A DNA stretch of 64,000 nt from an uncultured delta proteobacterium. GTDB taxonomy: Bacteria > Myxococcota_A > Polyangia > Polyangiales > Polyangiaceae. Below the pieces are notes generated by a model, which was not told the origin of the DNA, searched no databases, and worked only from the letters and a program-made list of their open reading frames with translations. This document shows, piece by piece, positions 62,876 through 64,000 of the stretch. The stretch spans positions 64,001 to 128,000 of the forward strand of contig CAVQUB010000021.1 of assembly GCA_963716725.1 (NCBI GenBank), given 5' to 3'. Position 1 is the first letter of the stretch. Each line of letters opens with the position of its first letter. The translations under genes and the position numbers were made by a program.

Positions 62876-62923
62876 CCTACATGTAGGTGGACGCGGTGTA
62901 CGCCCCGACTCCGCGTCTGTCAA
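62876..62923 (-). promoter_or_regulatory. sigma70 promoter with overlapping inverted repeats
   Basis: TTGACA-17-TACACC; GACGCGG-N14-CCGCGTC (62890-62917); perfect palindrome CCTACATGTAGG (62876-62887). Confidence 0.55.
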
Positions 62924-62957
62924 CGGCCAGCTGACGCGCCGCGTAATTCACGCAATT

Positions 62958-64000
62958 TCAAGGTGTTGCGAGGCGCTCGCGAAGTCGTGTGCTGCGCTCT
63001 TCGCGCCGAACCTCGGACAGCGCCAGGCGCAGCGCCCGGGGATCGGCCACCACCACGCACAGGCGCTTGGCGCGCGTCACCGCCGTGTAGAGCAAGTTGC
63101 GACTCAGCATCACGAAGTGCGCGGACGAGAGCGGCAGCACCACCACCGGGTACTCGCTGCCCTGACTCTTGTGGATGCTGGTTGCGTACGCGAGCGTCAG
63201 GCTCTCGAGATCCGTGTCCTCGAGATCGACTTCGCGCTCGTCGAAGCGCACCCGCACCCGACGCTCCGAAGCGTCCACCGCCACGATGACACCGAGGTCG
63301 CCGTTGAAGACGTCGCGCTCGTAGTCGTTCTTGGTCTGCATGACCTTGTCGCCCACGCGAAGCTTCTGACCCCGCGAGTCGAGCGACGGCCCGCTCGGGT
63401 TGAGCGCGGCCTGCAGGCGCTCGTTGAGAACTTGGGTGCCGGCCGGTCCCCGGTGCATCGGTGTGAGCACCTGGATGTCCTTCACCGGATCGAAACCGAA
63501 TCGCTTCGGGATGCGCGTCGCAGCGAACTCGACCACGAGCGCCGCTGCTTCTTCGGCGTCGCGGCGGTGCACCACGAAGAAGTCGGCGTTTGTCTCCTCG
63601 GCGTTGGCGCTAACCGGAGGCTCGCCGACGAGAATGCGATGAGCGTTCTCGACGATGCGACTCTCGCTGCCCTGGCGGAAGATCTCGTTCAAGCGCACGA
63701 CCCGCACGGCCCCGCTGTCGATCAGATCCCGCAGCAGCGCGCCGGGCCCAACGCTGGGCAGCTGGTCCGCGTCGCCCACGACCACCCAACGCGCCTCCGA
63801 TGGCGTCGCCGAAAGCAGCGCGGCGCCCAGAGGCAGATCGATCATCGAGGCCTCGTCCACGATCACGGCGTCGACGTCGAGAGGGGCGTCGGCGGTGCGC
63901 TGGAAGCGGGCCGATCGCGGCTCGAACTCCAGCAAGCGGTGCAAGGTGGTCGCCTCGCGGCCCGTGGCCTCGGCCAGGCGTTTGGCGGCGCGGCCCGTGG
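62958..64000 (-). CDS. recD2: ATP-dependent RecD2-like SF1B helicase, 5' part beyond window
   Basis: GRAAKRL..ATG.EA.TLHRLL, VDEASM, GDADQLPSVGPG, IFRQ, AYATSIHKSQGSE, LLYTAVTRA. Confidence 0.9.
   Translation of the reverse strand, partial: TGRAAKRLAEATGREATTLHRLLEFEPRSARFQRTADAPLDVDAVIVDEASMIDLPLGAALLSATPSEARWVVVGDADQLPSVGPGALLRDLIDSGAVRVVRLNEIFRQGSESRIVENAHRILVGEPPVSANAEETNADFFVVHRRDAEEAAALVVEFAATRIPKRFGFDPVKDIQVLTPMHRGPAGTQVLNERLQAALNPSGPSLDSRGQKLRVGDKVMQTKNDYERDVFNGDLGVIVAVDASERRVRVRFDEREVDLEDTDLESLTLAYATSIHKSQGSEYPVVVLPLSSAHFVMLSRNLLYTAVTRAKRLCVVVADPRALRLALSEVRREERSTRLRERLATP

Overview
High-GC chromosomal window, very probably from a myxobacterium of the Polyangiales/Sorangiineae type. 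This is inferred from three eukaryote-like Ser/Thr kinases, TPR/PEGA proteins, Gly- and Cys-rich lipoproteins, GYF_2/zinc-ribbon proteins and a TSP3-OmpA protein. About 60 CDSs can be supported. Housekeeping genes include hflX, ruvA, ttcA, a ComF-family gene, a MutT-family gene, a DsbD-like gene, an aminotransferase, an M16 peptidase pair and a partial recD2; they are interspersed with many cell-surface and signalling genes. I saw no rRNA, tRNA, CRISPR array or mobile element. The best candidate for an undescribed system is the co-oriented cluster at 19680-27976. It runs: membrane Ser/Thr kinase -> TPR/PEGA protein with a hydrophobic hairpin and C-terminal beta-signal -> short Cys-rich lipoprotein -> two tandem, diverged copies of [lipoprotein with 8 knottin-like C-C-CC-C-C repeats + VWA lipoprotein with degenerate MIDAS]. 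Other observations: a recurring TPR/PEGA-hairpin-beta-signal family; widespread TAnnnT -10 boxes 6-11 nt before start codons, suggesting leaderless mRNAs; two internally deleted gene relics; a sigma54-type promoter before a small ORF missing from the ORF track; an exported Tudor-knot protein; and seven single-base frameshifts in four genes that look like sequencing or assembly errors. All family assignments come from motif recognition by eye; no database searches were run.
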